Positions 18,447-27,882 of a DNA stretch of 58,582 bases are shown in pieces. The notes under the pieces are model-generated. The model did no database searches. It saw only the letters and a list, made by a program, of their open reading frames with translations, and was not told the origin of the DNA. The stretch's first letter is position 1. Each line of letters opens with the position of its first letter. Source of the stretch: a virus (Duplodnaviria > Caudoviricetes); the IMG/VR virus record IMGVR_UViG_3300032828_000001, positions 1 to 58,582 of that record; one strand, written 5' to 3'. The translations under genes and the position numbers were made by a program.

Positions 18447-20248
18447 CAGTTGCCCGTGAGTGCGCGGTCCTGCACCCATATCCCGGGCGTCCCGGCGGCG
18501 ATGCAGATCCACCCCTTGACGACGTACTTCGCGCCAGCCGTCCCGAGTTCACACACGGTGGTGTTCCGCACGTAGTCGCCCGCCGTCCACGTGCCCGCTG
18601 CGGGCGGGCCGGCCGGGAAGCCCGTGACCGCGACGCGCCCCTTCGCCACCGTCGCGGGCGCCTGCCAATCGGCGGTGAATTCCTTCGCGTTGTTGTTCGC
18701 GTTCGCTTGCATGGGCGAGCGCAGTACGCCGTTCACGACCCCCACCCCCACGCCGTGGTAGCGGTTCCCGATCGAGACCACGTCAAGGTTATCGATCGAT
18801 AGATAACCTTGTGTATCGTTCGCTATGAGTACGCCCTGGTTCGCCTGCGCGCCGCTCGCGCCCACCCCGACGAGCGCGATGCTGGGAAACGCGGCCTGCC
18901 CGGTCGGCGCATTGTGGGTGACCGTATTCGCCTGGAAGAGGATGAAGCTCGCGTTGGGCGCGTTGACATAGGCGAACGGATGCGTCGACGCCGGATCCTG
19001 GTCCTCCGAGCGGCAGCCGATGATGGCCACGTTGCCGGCGTCGACCTCGATTTTGGCGTTGGCGTTCGGCGGCTTCGCGTTGCCGTTCAAGGCATCGCCC
19101 CACGGACCGAAGTAACTCCTCTCGAACCATAGGTCCGATCCGCGCCGCTGCAACGCCGCATGGTCGCGCATGTTCGCGATCCAGCACCCGCGCATGGGGT
19201 TGTGCAGGATGTTCTGCCCGTCCTCGAAGATCCCGACGTTCACGCTGTCGATGGAGAGGCGCTCGAAGGTGTTGGTCTCGATGTTGGGATCCTTCCCGTC
19301 CACATCCCAGTTCCCGAGCTCGAGGCCGGTCCCCACGCACCGAATGCGAAGGTCGTGGAAGTGGCAGGCGACGGTCCCCGTCGGGACCCCGGGCTGCGGA
19401 TAGCCCTGAACGCAGAGCCCGACGTTGGCCGCCCATCCCGACGCGGTCGCGGGACACGGCGCCGAGTCGATGCCGATGTGGCCGATCTCGAGCGAGAACC
19501 CGCTCACCGCGAGTACACAGTCGTGCTCCACGGCCCATGGCGGTTTTCGGATCTGCGCCCCGTAGGACGACGCGCCGATGAGCCGGAGCCCGGCCGCGTT
19601 TGCGACGATGAGGTCTTCGCACGCATAGTAGAGCCCGTCATTCACGCGGATTTCGAGCCCGCGCGCGGCGGTGTCGAGCGCCGCCTGGAGTGCCACGGAG
19701 TCGTCGTGGTGGACCGGCGCCCCGGCCACCGAGGTGGCGGCGGGGAGCGCGAGCGTGATGGCATTCGCGATGACGCCCGCGACGCGCGTGACGAGCGTTC
19801 CCCCGCTTGCGTCCGCGCCTTCGACCGCGATCCCGTGCCCGACGGTCCACCCGGCGGCGCTCGCGACGGTGAGCGCGGTCGAACCGGCGGCGATGGTGCC
19901 GGTAGTAGAGACCGGGTTCCCGGCCGCGCCCCACCATTGCGGGTAAAGCGGTGTTGCCGCCTGTGCGGCGCCGGCCCACAGCACGGGCGCGGCCCCCGTG
20001 AAAATGGGATAGGGCGGCGCGATGATCCCGCCCGCCCACGCGATCGGGAAGGCCGACCGGACGGACCCGCCCGCGAACGCGATCGAGACGTTACCCGGAA
20101 GTGACAGGCCGGCGGCGCCGAGATAGGTCGGGCCGGTCAAGGCGATCGTCGCCGGCGACGCTCCCGCCCACGTGAGCATGCGCGCCCACGCGTCGGAATC
20201 GTCGGTCACGCCGTCGCAGGCGAAGTCTACAAGGCTCACGGGGTCCAT
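18446..20248 (-). CDS. Tailspike-like beta-helix (pectin-lyase fold) protein
   Basis: SLVDF..DGVTDDS, DDSVALQAALD, beta-helix repeats, C-terminal PAAGTWTAGD...GWICIAAGTPG. Confidence 0.75.
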   Translation of the reverse strand: MDPVSLVDFACDGVTDDSDAWARMLTWAGASPATIALTGPTYLGAAGLSLPGNVSIAFAGGSVRSAFPIAWAGGIIAPPYPIFTGAAPVLWAGAAQAATPLYPQWWGAAGNPVSTTGTIAAGSTALTVASAAGWTVGHGIAVEGADASGGTLVTRVAGVIANAITLALPAATSVAGAPVHHDDSVALQAALDTAARGLEIRVNDGLYYACEDLIVANAAGLRLIGASSYGAQIRKPPWAVEHDCVLAVSGFSLEIGHIGIDSAPCPATASGWAANVGLCVQGYPQPGVPTGTVACHFHDLRIRCVGTGLELGNWDVDGKDPNIETNTFERLSIDSVNVGIFEDGQNILHNPMRGCWIANMRDHAALQRRGSDLWFERSYFGPWGDALNGNAKPPNANAKIEVDAGNVAIIGCRSEDQDPASTHPFAYVNAPNASFILFQANTVTHNAPTGQAAFPSIALVGVGASGAQANQGVLIANDTQGYLSIDNLDVVSIGNRYHGVGVGVVNGVLRSPMQANANNNAKEFTADWQAPATVAKGRVAVTGFPAGPPAAGTWTAGDYVRNTTVCELGTAGAKYVVKGWICIAAGTPGIWVQDRALTGN

Positions 20249-20265
20249 TGGCCGTCACCCTTAGT

Positions 20266-21048
20266 TCACTTCGCAATGCGCCGTATCGACCAGAAATCGT
20301 CGGCGAGGTCGCGGCTCGTCGCATAGGCGAAGGGCAGCGAGAAATACCCCGCCGCGCCCCATGCCGGCCCCCATGAGTTACGCACCTTGAGCATAGATGA
20401 CGCGCGGTCATACCCTACCGCGAGTAGCGCGTGGCCGCCGATCGCCACCTCGCCGTATCCCGGTAGGGGAAGGACACTTGCCGCCGCGGTGAGCCCGTCG
20501 AGGTCGCAGGCGCCGGTTCCGTTATCGGGCCCGTAGAGCGTGAGCCCCAAAGTGAACGGATACCCGGCGGCGAGGCATGCCATCATGTCGGCGATGGTCT
20601 CGAGCCGTGTGTAGAGGAGCCCCGGCGCGCGGTGCGCCGCCTCCCCCCATGCCGGCTCGGGCGGGCAGATCGCGAACGTGCGCGGATCGTAGGGCCACAG
20701 CGATTCGAGCGGGATTCCCTTCGCGGCGATCCCCTTTATCGCGTCGCGGATGGTCGACCCGGTATCGTGTTTCTTGTAGACGCCCGGGCCGCGCGCGTTC
20801 CAGTAGCAAAAGAGGCGCGACAAAAGCACGATGCCGTTCCCTTCTTTCGCTTCGAGAAACGTCATCGCGCCCGCGAGTGCATTCTCGACGCAGGCGCCGA
20901 GGTCGCCCTGGTCGAAGACCGGCGGCATGAACGGGTCACTACACAAATCGACGCTGTTCGGGATCGCCCCCGCCGGGCCGTGGATGGACCGATACTTGAG
21001 GTCGCGGTGGTCGGGAAGGTCGGGGATCCAGGTGAGTTTATGGGCCAT
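20266..21048 (-). CDS. Papain-like cysteine peptidase (C1A)
   Basis: W.PDLPDHRD, DQGDLGAC (Gln/Cys), GGHALLAVGYD (His), VRNSWG (Asn). Confidence 0.92.
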   Translation of the reverse strand: MAHKLTWIPDLPDHRDLKYRSIHGPAGAIPNSVDLCSDPFMPPVFDQGDLGACVENALAGAMTFLEAKEGNGIVLLSRLFCYWNARGPGVYKKHDTGSTIRDAIKGIAAKGIPLESLWPYDPRTFAICPPEPAWGEAAHRAPGLLYTRLETIADMMACLAAGYPFTLGLTLYGPDNGTGACDLDGLTAAASVLPLPGYGEVAIGGHALLAVGYDRASSMLKVRNSWGPAWGAAGYFSLPFAYATSRDLADDFWSIRRIAK

Positions 21049-21081
21049 GGATCCTGACTATCACCCGCGCGCGGGCGGTGC

Positions 21082-22104
21082 TCAGCGGCCCGTCATGGCG
21101 TCCACCAGCGCGATACGTCGCCCTATCCAGCGCATGACGGGCACCGCCATGCTATTCCCGATCGCGCGGTAGCGCGGCCCATCTTCGGCGCCCGGGATGG
21201 CGGTGTAGTCGTCGGGGAAGCCTTGCAGCCGCTCGCATTCACGAGGCGTCAACCGCCGCACCGCTGCGGCTGTGTGAACCGCGACGGACCCGCACCCGAG
21301 CGCGGAGCCGCACCCGAGCGCGGGTGACACCTCGCCCGAGATCGGGTCCTGTGTGGCGTGGAACGCGATCGGGCCGTCAAAGCTCCCTCCGCGCGTCACG
21401 AACGTTTCGGTTCCGGCATCCAAGCGTACCCCCCCCGTCAGGGTGCGTGCGACTACTTGGAGGTTGTCGGAGGCGTCGCCGCGCGGGCTACGCCCGCCGT
21501 GGTGTCCAAGGCTCGCTTCAGGGCAGGCGGCAATGTTAGTTCCCTCCGCTCGGCCCGGCGCAGGATCCCCCGACAAGCACGCGCGCTCAAATAGTACCGT
21601 AGCGGCACGTCGCCAATCTCCAAGATGTCCGACAACGAAGACGCGGCGCCGTCGCTGGGCCACTCCGAAATACTGAGCGTCAAGAACACGGTAGGCGAAC
21701 CCATACCCGCGTTCTGCCAAGCGCCCAAGGAAGGCTCCAAAGTCCCTGCCGCCGTTCGAGGACAACACGCCGGGGACGTTCTCCCATACCACCCAGCGGG
21801 CGCGTGTTCGGCCAGCAAGCGAAAGGAATTCAAGGGCCAGGTTACCGCGCGCGTCAGCCAATCCAGTTCTAGGTCCCGCGACCGAATACGATTGGCAGGG
21901 GGTTCCACCGACGAGAAGATCGATAGCTGGCCCGTCCGCTTTGATGGTTGTGAAATCGCCATGGTTGTGAACCTCGGGGTAGCGGTGCGCCAGCACGCGG
22001 GAAGGGAACTTGGCGATCTCGGCGAAGAACATGGGTTGCCACCCCAACGCATGCCATGCGACCGTCGCGGCTTCGATTCCGCTGCAAACGCTGCCGTACC
22101 GCAT
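21082..22104 (-). CDS. dcm: C5 cytosine DNA methyltransferase
   Basis: SVCSGIE, GGTPCQ, WENVPG, QRRRRVF, RRLTPRECERLQGFPD, GNSMAVPV. Confidence 0.95.
   Translation of the reverse strand: MRYGSVCSGIEAATVAWHALGWQPMFFAEIAKFPSRVLAHRYPEVHNHGDFTTIKADGPAIDLLVGGTPCQSYSVAGPRTGLADARGNLALEFLSLAGRTRARWVVWENVPGVLSSNGGRDFGAFLGRLAERGYGFAYRVLDAQYFGVAQRRRRVFVVGHLGDWRRAATVLFERACLSGDPAPGRAEGTNIAACPEASLGHHGGRSPRGDASDNLQVVARTLTGGVRLDAGTETFVTRGGSFDGPIAFHATQDPISGEVSPALGCGSALGCGSVAVHTAAAVRRLTPRECERLQGFPDDYTAIPGAEDGPRYRAIGNSMAVPVMRWIGRRIALVDAMTGR
21453..21962 (-). CDS. Overprinted alternative-frame protein resembling M.EcoHK31I beta subunit
   Basis: SSLSDILE..VPLRYYLSARACRGILRRAERR..LPPALKRAL within dcm in another frame; 169 aa. 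Confidence 0.7.
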   Translation of the reverse strand: MAISQPSKRTGQLSIFSSVEPPANRIRSRDLELDWLTRAVTWPLNSFRLLAEHAPAGWYGRTSPACCPRTAAGTLEPSLGAWQNAGMGSPTVFLTLSISEWPSDGAASSLSDILEIGDVPLRYYLSARACRGILRRAERRELTLPPALKRALDTTAGVARAATPPTTSK

Positions 22105-22143
22105 GCGCCCATTATGCGCCGCCCCCCTGACAACCCCACGGTT

Positions 22144-23112
22144 TTAGTCCGCGCCCTCGTCCCCGCTTGCGTCCTCGTCGGGCGTGGCCCCCTCCCCTGT
22201 GAGCTGCTCGATCACGTCGTCGAGCACCGGCTCTGCCTGACACCGGCAGTTGATAGGCTTGCCCGGGGTAACGTCCTCTTCGCCGTCCACCTCGGGCGGG
22301 TCGTCCCATGAGAACGTCTCGCCCTCGAGATCGGCGTGTGATGCGCGCACCCGGTTGTCGTTCGAGGTCCGCCACACGAACCGCGACACGCCGAGCTCGG
22401 TCTGCCGCTCCTCGTTCACTTGGCCGGTGAGCTTCCCAACTTGGTCGCGCGCTATGAGTGTGGCCCGGCTTTCCGCTACGCCGTACCGCTCGGTCATATC
22501 GTCGGCGAGCTCTTCCCAACGGACGCCCTCGCTCATGCCCTGCGTGACAATCTTTTCGATCTCCGTGAAGTAGCTTTCCGGCACGCTCTTCACAAGTGCC
22601 ACGTTGGCGCGCGCGAACGCCTCGATCCGGGGCACGAGCCACGGTTCGGCATTCACGACATCGACACCGAGTAACGAGCGCATCTGCCTATTCCACTGCT
22701 CTTTCTGAAAGTCGGCCGTGGCGCGGCCGATCCGCGCCGCGGTTTCGGATAGGTCGGCGTTTGTGAACTCGGCGAAGAGCTGGCGCGACAAATCGTCGAA
22801 GATCTCGTTTACCTCGTCGCCCTCGTCATCGTCCCACGCGTCGGTGCGGTGGTCGGGTGGCTGCGCGTCATGATGCGCCGCAAGCGCGTCGGCGTGGTGG
22901 TTCACGATGGATCGGAGTCGCCCGGCCTTGGCTTGGAAGAGCGCCCGCGCCGCCTTCACGACCCGCATGATCTGGCCGAGGTAGCTGAGCGCAACCCCGG
23001 TAGGGTGGAGCTGGCGCGGCATGGGCCCGCGGCGGCGATGGGGCCTGCCTACCGCGCGCATGAAGGCGCGCCGCGCGCGGATGTCCGCCTGTATACGGGC
23101 GGTACTTCTCAC
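22144..23112 (-). CDS. Head morphogenesis protein (SPP1 gp7 / Mu F)
   Basis: RATLIARDQ, WRTSNDNRVRASH, PGKPINCRC; start uncertain (GTG 23112 or ATG 23022). Confidence 0.9.
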   Translation of the reverse strand: MRSTARIQADIRARRAFMRAVGRPHRRRGPMPRQLHPTGVALSYLGQIMRVVKAARALFQAKAGRLRSIVNHHADALAAHHDAQPPDHRTDAWDDDEGDEVNEIFDDLSRQLFAEFTNADLSETAARIGRATADFQKEQWNRQMRSLLGVDVVNAEPWLVPRIEAFARANVALVKSVPESYFTEIEKIVTQGMSEGVRWEELADDMTERYGVAESRATLIARDQVGKLTGQVNEERQTELGVSRFVWRTSNDNRVRASHADLEGETFSWDDPPEVDGEEDVTPGKPINCRCQAEPVLDDVIEQLTGEGATPDEDASGDEGAD

Positions 23113-23423
23113 GCGACGACCCTGAGGAGCCGCCGCGGCTTGGGTGTAGGGTTCACGCGCCGTGCATTGCGAATGCGATCCCGCGCCATGGCGGCATAGG
23201 CGCGGCTGAGCTCTATCCCGATGAAACCCCGGCCATGACGGCCGGCTACTACACCAACCGTGCCGGTACCAGCGAACGGGTCGAGCACGGTTGAGCCGGG
23301 CGCACTGCCCGCAAGGACGCACCCCCTTTTGTGAGTGCCCGTCCCGTCCACGATGGCCAGCGCTCGCGGGTCGGAGCTTGAGGAAAGCAACCACCGTGGC
23401 ACGTCCGTACGGTAAGCGCTCAC
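23109..23423 (-). pseudogene. Chimeric remnant: unrelated N-terminus fused to C-terminus of N6A/N4C DNA methyltransferase
   Basis: VLDPFAGTGT...FIGIEL present but no DPPY/SPPY catalytic motif; 104 aa. Confidence 0.7.
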
Positions 23424-25045
23424 GGCGCCCCCGGTACCGGGTTCATGTTGTCGCTGGGTGGAAACTTGGCGCCGATGGGCGGCGTCTTGGCGGGCGCGGG
23501 TGCGAGCGGCGTGGGCTCCGGCTCGGTTCCGTCGGGCCCGTTGCCCTTGTTCGGGTCGTCGGCCGGCCCAGCGCCCGCGGGCGCAACCTCCATCTGCGCG
23601 CGCAAGCCGGTATCGAGGTTCATACCCTCGCCGTTGTACGAATCGCCGCCGAAGCGCGTCGCCGCCACCTCGGCCGGGGTGAGCGTCCCGTTCTGGATGT
23701 ATAAGTTGTCCGCCTGCGCGATGGCGAAACGGCGGGTTGCCTCCGCGCCATCGTCGAGTTGCCAAAGCGGCCGGAAATCGACCGACCACTTGGCGGGCAA
23801 GACACCGCCCGTCGGCCCGTCGCGCGCGAGAAAGAGGAGCCGCACTAACCGTTTCAGCTGCGGCTTCACTTTCTTCTGCTGCCCGGCGCGGACCTGGTCA
23901 TACCAGCGGCGAATATCGTTATCGCCGGTGGCGTTGAGCCCCGCCGGCTGCTGCCCCATGAGCCGCGTTATTGGCATGTCGACCGACGCGGCAAGTCGAA
24001 GCGCCATTCGATCGAGGATGTCGGTCAGCCCCGTGACCGGGGTGGGCTTGCGCTCGAAGTCTTCTCCGGTGTTATCGCCGTCCCCGGCGTCGAGCATCAC
24101 CATGCGCAAAACGCTGCGTTGCATCTGCATGAGCGACATGCGTTGCAGGACAACATTGTCTTGGTTGTTCGCGAGCAGCTCGGCGAGCCCGCGGATCTTG
24201 CAAATAGCCTGCGCGAAATCCTGTACCAAGGCGGCGGCGCTCGCGAACGAGGCGTCGAACTGCGCCAGCGCGTGCTGGGCGCGGACGAAGATGGACTCGC
24301 CCCACCCCCATGTCTCGCGCTGCTGGTAGCGGTTCGTAATGACCCCGCGGAAGGGCAGGATGCGGGTGGTGTGGATCTCCCGCCACGATCCCATCACCGC
24401 CGGGCGGTTTCGCTCCTCGGGCGCCACCCCGCCGGGCCCGCTACCCACCGTGTACGGCATGATCTTGTACGTCGAGGGCTCCCCGTAGCGCGGGCTCAAG
24501 GGATCGGTGTAATAGGTCCACGGCACGAGCTCGCGCGCATCGAGGACCGAGAGCCAATCGACCGATTGTATGTTCGCCTCGTCGAGCGGCGCGGCGATGT
24601 CGGCCACCCCGTCATTCACCCCGAGTATTACACCGGCACCGCCAAAGGCGCGAGCCCAGCAGAGGGCCTGATGAACGCGGGTGTCGGTTGCGAGATCCTC
24701 CAACTTCTGGTCGGCCGCCTCGGCCGTTTCCTTGTCGTTCTCCACCTCGATCTGCCACCCCTCGCGGCACATCTCGTTCGGCACTTCCTCGACTATGCGT
24801 GCGCCCATGTCGCTGCCGCGATAGAGCGCCTCGCACTGTTCGTATGCGAGCTTTTCGACGGTGACGCGGTGCCCGGTGGTCTTGTCTTGGGCCGTGCCGA
24901 GGCCCGTCATGATATTCATCCAACCGTCAACGAACGCCTGCGCGCTAGCGGCGATGTCGCCGTTGCGATGGGGCACGGTACCGTTCTTAGCGCTCTTTCC
25001 GCTCTTGCCGTTCTTGCCGCTGGCGTGACCGCGCGTATCGGACAT
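23420..25045 (-). CDS. Portal protein (DUF1073-like)
   Basis: DGWMN..TGLG, WARAFGG, IHTTRI, WGWGES, MPITRLMGQ.PAGLNATG..D, FRPLWQ. Confidence 0.92.
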   Translation of the reverse strand: MSDTRGHASGKNGKSGKSAKNGTVPHRNGDIAASAQAFVDGWMNIMTGLGTAQDKTTGHRVTVEKLAYEQCEALYRGSDMGARIVEEVPNEMCREGWQIEVENDKETAEAADQKLEDLATDTRVHQALCWARAFGGAGVILGVNDGVADIAAPLDEANIQSVDWLSVLDARELVPWTYYTDPLSPRYGEPSTYKIMPYTVGSGPGGVAPEERNRPAVMGSWREIHTTRILPFRGVITNRYQQRETWGWGESIFVRAQHALAQFDASFASAAALVQDFAQAICKIRGLAELLANNQDNVVLQRMSLMQMQRSVLRMVMLDAGDGDNTGEDFERKPTPVTGLTDILDRMALRLAASVDMPITRLMGQQPAGLNATGDNDIRRWYDQVRAGQQKKVKPQLKRLVRLLFLARDGPTGGVLPAKWSVDFRPLWQLDDGAEATRRFAIAQADNLYIQNGTLTPAEVAATRFGGDSYNGEGMNLDTGLRAQMEVAPAGAGPADDPNKGNGPDGTEPEPTPLAPAPAKTPPIGAKFPPSDNMNPVPGAP

Positions 25046-25112
25046 GGATCCTACCTATCGCGGTCGGCGGTGGGCCCCGAATGCGGGGCCCCAACACGCC
25101 GCGCCCCCGCAC

Positions 25113-25256
25113 ATGCGTCCGTACCGGCGCCGCACGATCGAGCGGATGGTAGCCGGCATGGCGGCGGCCGGGCTTGCCCCTACCATCGAACGGCGCGGGC
25201 GGGAAGCGTTCTACCGGCTGTCGCGCGACGATTTCCGCCGTGCACTGGGGGTGTGA
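25113..25256 (+). CDS. Small hypothetical protein
   Basis: First of overlapping-start/stop plus-strand ORFs inserted between terL and portal. Confidence 0.35.
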   Translation: MRPYRRRTIERMVAGMAAAGLAPTIERRGREAFYRLSRDDFRRALGV

Positions 25257-25636
25257 TGGCGCTTGACCACGAGGCGATGCGGCAATGGCGTGAAGGGCTC
25301 GCCGCCGTGAAGCTCGGGTACAGTGGCTCGAGGGTGTCGTCGCCGCGCTCGTCGGCCGGGTGGCCGTGCTCGAACGGGATGCCGCGCGCGAGAAAGGGGG
25401 CAAGACATGACCGACGTGACGATGTGCAGCTGCGGGAGACCCTTGCACTACACGGATCCGACGGTGCGCTCGGCGCCGCGCTCAAGATCTTGCGCGAGAT
25501 GGAATGGCGGCCGACGGAACGGCAGGGGCACTGGGATCGCGAGTGCCCGGTCTGCGGCGCGTCGGAGATGTACAGCGGCGGGAAACACAAATCCGGCTGC
25601 CGGCTCGCGCGGCTACTCGGAAAGAATGAGGGCTAG
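25256..25636 (+). CDS. Hypothetical, possibly mosaic, Zn-binding protein
   Basis: C-terminal CPVCG...HKSGC; a competing frame starts MTDVTMCSCG at 25407. Confidence 0.45.
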   Translation: MALDHEAMRQWREGLAAVKLGYSGSRVSSPRSSAGWPCSNGMPRARKGARHDRRDDVQLRETLALHGSDGALGAALKILREMEWRPTERQGHWDRECPVCGASEMYSGGKHKSGCRLARLLGKNEG

Positions 25637-25638
25637 CA

Positions 25639-25857
25639 ATGGAACGCGGTGATCTCGAGCAGGCCCGCCGCGACATCGCCGAGGCGCGCGCGTCGCTGAA
25701 AGCGTGCCTCGCCGCGCTCGCCGCCGCCCGCGAGATGTTGGGCGTCATGGAAGATCACGGCGGGCACGACGGCCTCGGCGGAAAGGGGTACCGCGCCGCC
25801 CTTGACCAGATCGACGAAAGCGTGGAGCGGGCGCGCGCCGCGCTCCTCACGGAGTGA
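25639..25857 (+). CDS. Hypothetical helical protein
   Basis: GAGG RBS, coupled to neighbours. Confidence 0.55.
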   Translation: MERGDLEQARRDIAEARASLKACLAALAAAREMLGVMEDHGGHDGLGGKGYRAALDQIDESVERARAALLTE

Positions 25858-26279
25858 CCATGCCCCTTGCACTCGACCCGGAGATCATAGGCCGATGGGT
25901 GGTACGGGCGGAGCGCGAGCATGCGCGGTTTCACCGCCCGGAGTGCCCGGCCGTGACCGGCAACGCGCCCGTCCTTGCGGACGCATGCACTTGCGGTGCG
26001 GCGTTCGTTGGCATGGCGCGGGAAGCGATCCCGGCGCTTGCCGCCGAGGTGGAGCGGCTGCGACTCGAATTTGAGGCGCGGCGGATCATGGCCGAGGCTC
26101 GCGCCTACGACGCCGAGCACGCGAAGCTAGCCGAGGCGCAGGTGCGGGCGCGGTTACGGACGGTGGAAGGGGATTGGGATCATCTCCGGCGGCAAAACAA
26201 CATGCTCATCGAGGCCAATGCGCGGCTCAAGAAGGGTCTCGCCGCCTGCGCGACCCCGCCTTGGGATGACGCATCGTGA
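25854..26279 (+). CDS. Hypothetical (Ead-like coiled coil)
   Basis: AFVGMAREAIPALAAEVERLR motif. Confidence 0.6.
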   Translation: MTMPLALDPEIIGRWVVRAEREHARFHRPECPAVTGNAPVLADACTCGAAFVGMAREAIPALAAEVERLRLEFEARRIMAEARAYDAEHAKLAEAQVRARLRTVEGDWDHLRRQNNMLIEANARLKKGLAACATPPWDDAS

Positions 26280-26340
26280 GGGGCAGCCGAGGCGTTCGCC
26301 GATGCGCCATGCGTGGTGGGTGGACGGTCCTGATTCCTAG

Positions 26341-27882
26341 CTACATCTTCACCATCGCCCGCGCGCGGTCGGCCGCGCTCGTGACCGGCTTTTCCTCTGC
26401 CAGTGCATAGACCGCGCTGTCGCCCTTGTCGGGGCTGCGCCCGATCCGCGCCTTCACATCGTCCTTGCGCTCGACCTGTATCCCCGCGGCGATGACCTTC
26501 CACGTCGGTGCGCATAGGTCGGCCTTGAGCTCCGGGTCGGGCGGTAGCGCGATGTCCTGCCCGCTCGTCGGCTCGAGCGCCTCGCGCATGCGCCACCACC
26601 ACTCGGCGCGCTTGTTCACAAAGCCAAGGCGCCCACTCTTGTCGCGCGCGTTCGAGTGCTCCGAGCTGTTCAGGGGCACGACCTTCACGCCGGGTAGATG
26701 GCGCAAATGGTCGTAGACCGATCCGCCTATGCCGATCACGTCCACGTTGATCACCGTCTTCGCGCCGGCCGCGTTCACCGCCAACGTTGCGACGGCCGGG
26801 CCGTCCGGGGTGTCCGCGCCGGGGTACGTGAGCTGTTCGCCGAACCAATTGTCATGGCGGGGGGTGAGCACCGTCCTGTCACTACCGCCGCGCGCGGGGT
26901 CTACACCCAGCGTAGTCATGGGCGTCGCCGGCGCCGGCCGCTCGCGCCACCGCTCCTGCGCAAGGCGCACCCATTCGGTGGGGATGACCTGATACGCATC
27001 GTCCTTGCGCCCGGCAAGGAAGTCTCCGTAAAGTAACTGCGAGCGAAGCGGTTCGGGCATCGCCTGTAACGTCGAGATGTAGCCCGACCTCACAAGCACC
27101 GGGTTATCCTGTACGCGGGCGCGGATGAATGTGCGCGACTTCGGGATGAGCCGCTCGCCGCCGATCATGACGGGGCTCCCGTCGGGCAGCTCGATGTCCT
27201 TACCCTTACTCGTCGTGAACCACCTGAGCTCGCCCGGCGCGGCCGGGTGCGGGTGGTTCGTATCGAGCCACGGCGCCCAATAGTGGATGATCCACTCCTC
27301 GTCATCCGTCTTGGGCGGGTTGGCGGTGCAGATGACGCGGCACCGCTGCCCGCGGCGTGCGGTCCGGTTCCAGCCGGTGACGAACCGGAACTGGCTTTCC
27401 GTGAACTCGGTCACCTCGTCGAACTCGTACAGGTCGTGCGCCTGGCCCTGCCAGTCGTAGGCGTCCTTTTCGTACTGCATCGAGCCGAAGCGCACCGTTC
27501 GCCCGTCGCGCAAGAGCCAGCGGTATAGCGACTCGTTGTATGCGTCCTTGGCGGTTGCGAGCCCGGCCGCGTTGTAAACCTCGCGCGAGCGGTCGATGAT
27601 GCCCCGCAAGGACGGAAAGACCCGGCGGAAGATGACGGTGCGCCAGTGCTGTGTGGCTGCGCCTAAGAGTAGATCGGTCTTCCCGCCTCCGGCTTGACCG
27701 CCATAGAGCAGGATGTCAGCCGGGCTCTCCAGCGCCGCCGTCTGCGGGCCCGGAAACGGGGACCAACGGGTCGGCGCTCGGAGGATCCTGTCGAGCTCTT
27801 CTTTCTCTTGCGGCCTCAAGTACGGCATCAACCGCAAGAGCTCGTTCGCTGTCGGTGTATCCGGTAAATTCAATGGGGCCAC
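26341..27882 (-). CDS. terL: Terminase large subunit
   Basis: YGGQAGGGKT Walker A, FDEVTEF Walker B, TANP, GVDPARGG.D nuclease, RSPDKGD. Confidence 0.95.
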   Translation of the reverse strand: MAPLNLPDTPTANELLRLMPYLRPQEKEELDRILRAPTRWSPFPGPQTAALESPADILLYGGQAGGGKTDLLLGAATQHWRTVIFRRVFPSLRGIIDRSREVYNAAGLATAKDAYNESLYRWLLRDGRTVRFGSMQYEKDAYDWQGQAHDLYEFDEVTEFTESQFRFVTGWNRTARRGQRCRVICTANPPKTDDEEWIIHYWAPWLDTNHPHPAAPGELRWFTTSKGKDIELPDGSPVMIGGERLIPKSRTFIRARVQDNPVLVRSGYISTLQAMPEPLRSQLLYGDFLAGRKDDAYQVIPTEWVRLAQERWRERPAPATPMTTLGVDPARGGSDRTVLTPRHDNWFGEQLTYPGADTPDGPAVATLAVNAAGAKTVINVDVIGIGGSVYDHLRHLPGVKVVPLNSSEHSNARDKSGRLGFVNKRAEWWWRMREALEPTSGQDIALPPDPELKADLCAPTWKVIAAGIQVERKDDVKARIGRSPDKGDSAVYALAEEKPVTSAADRARAMVKM

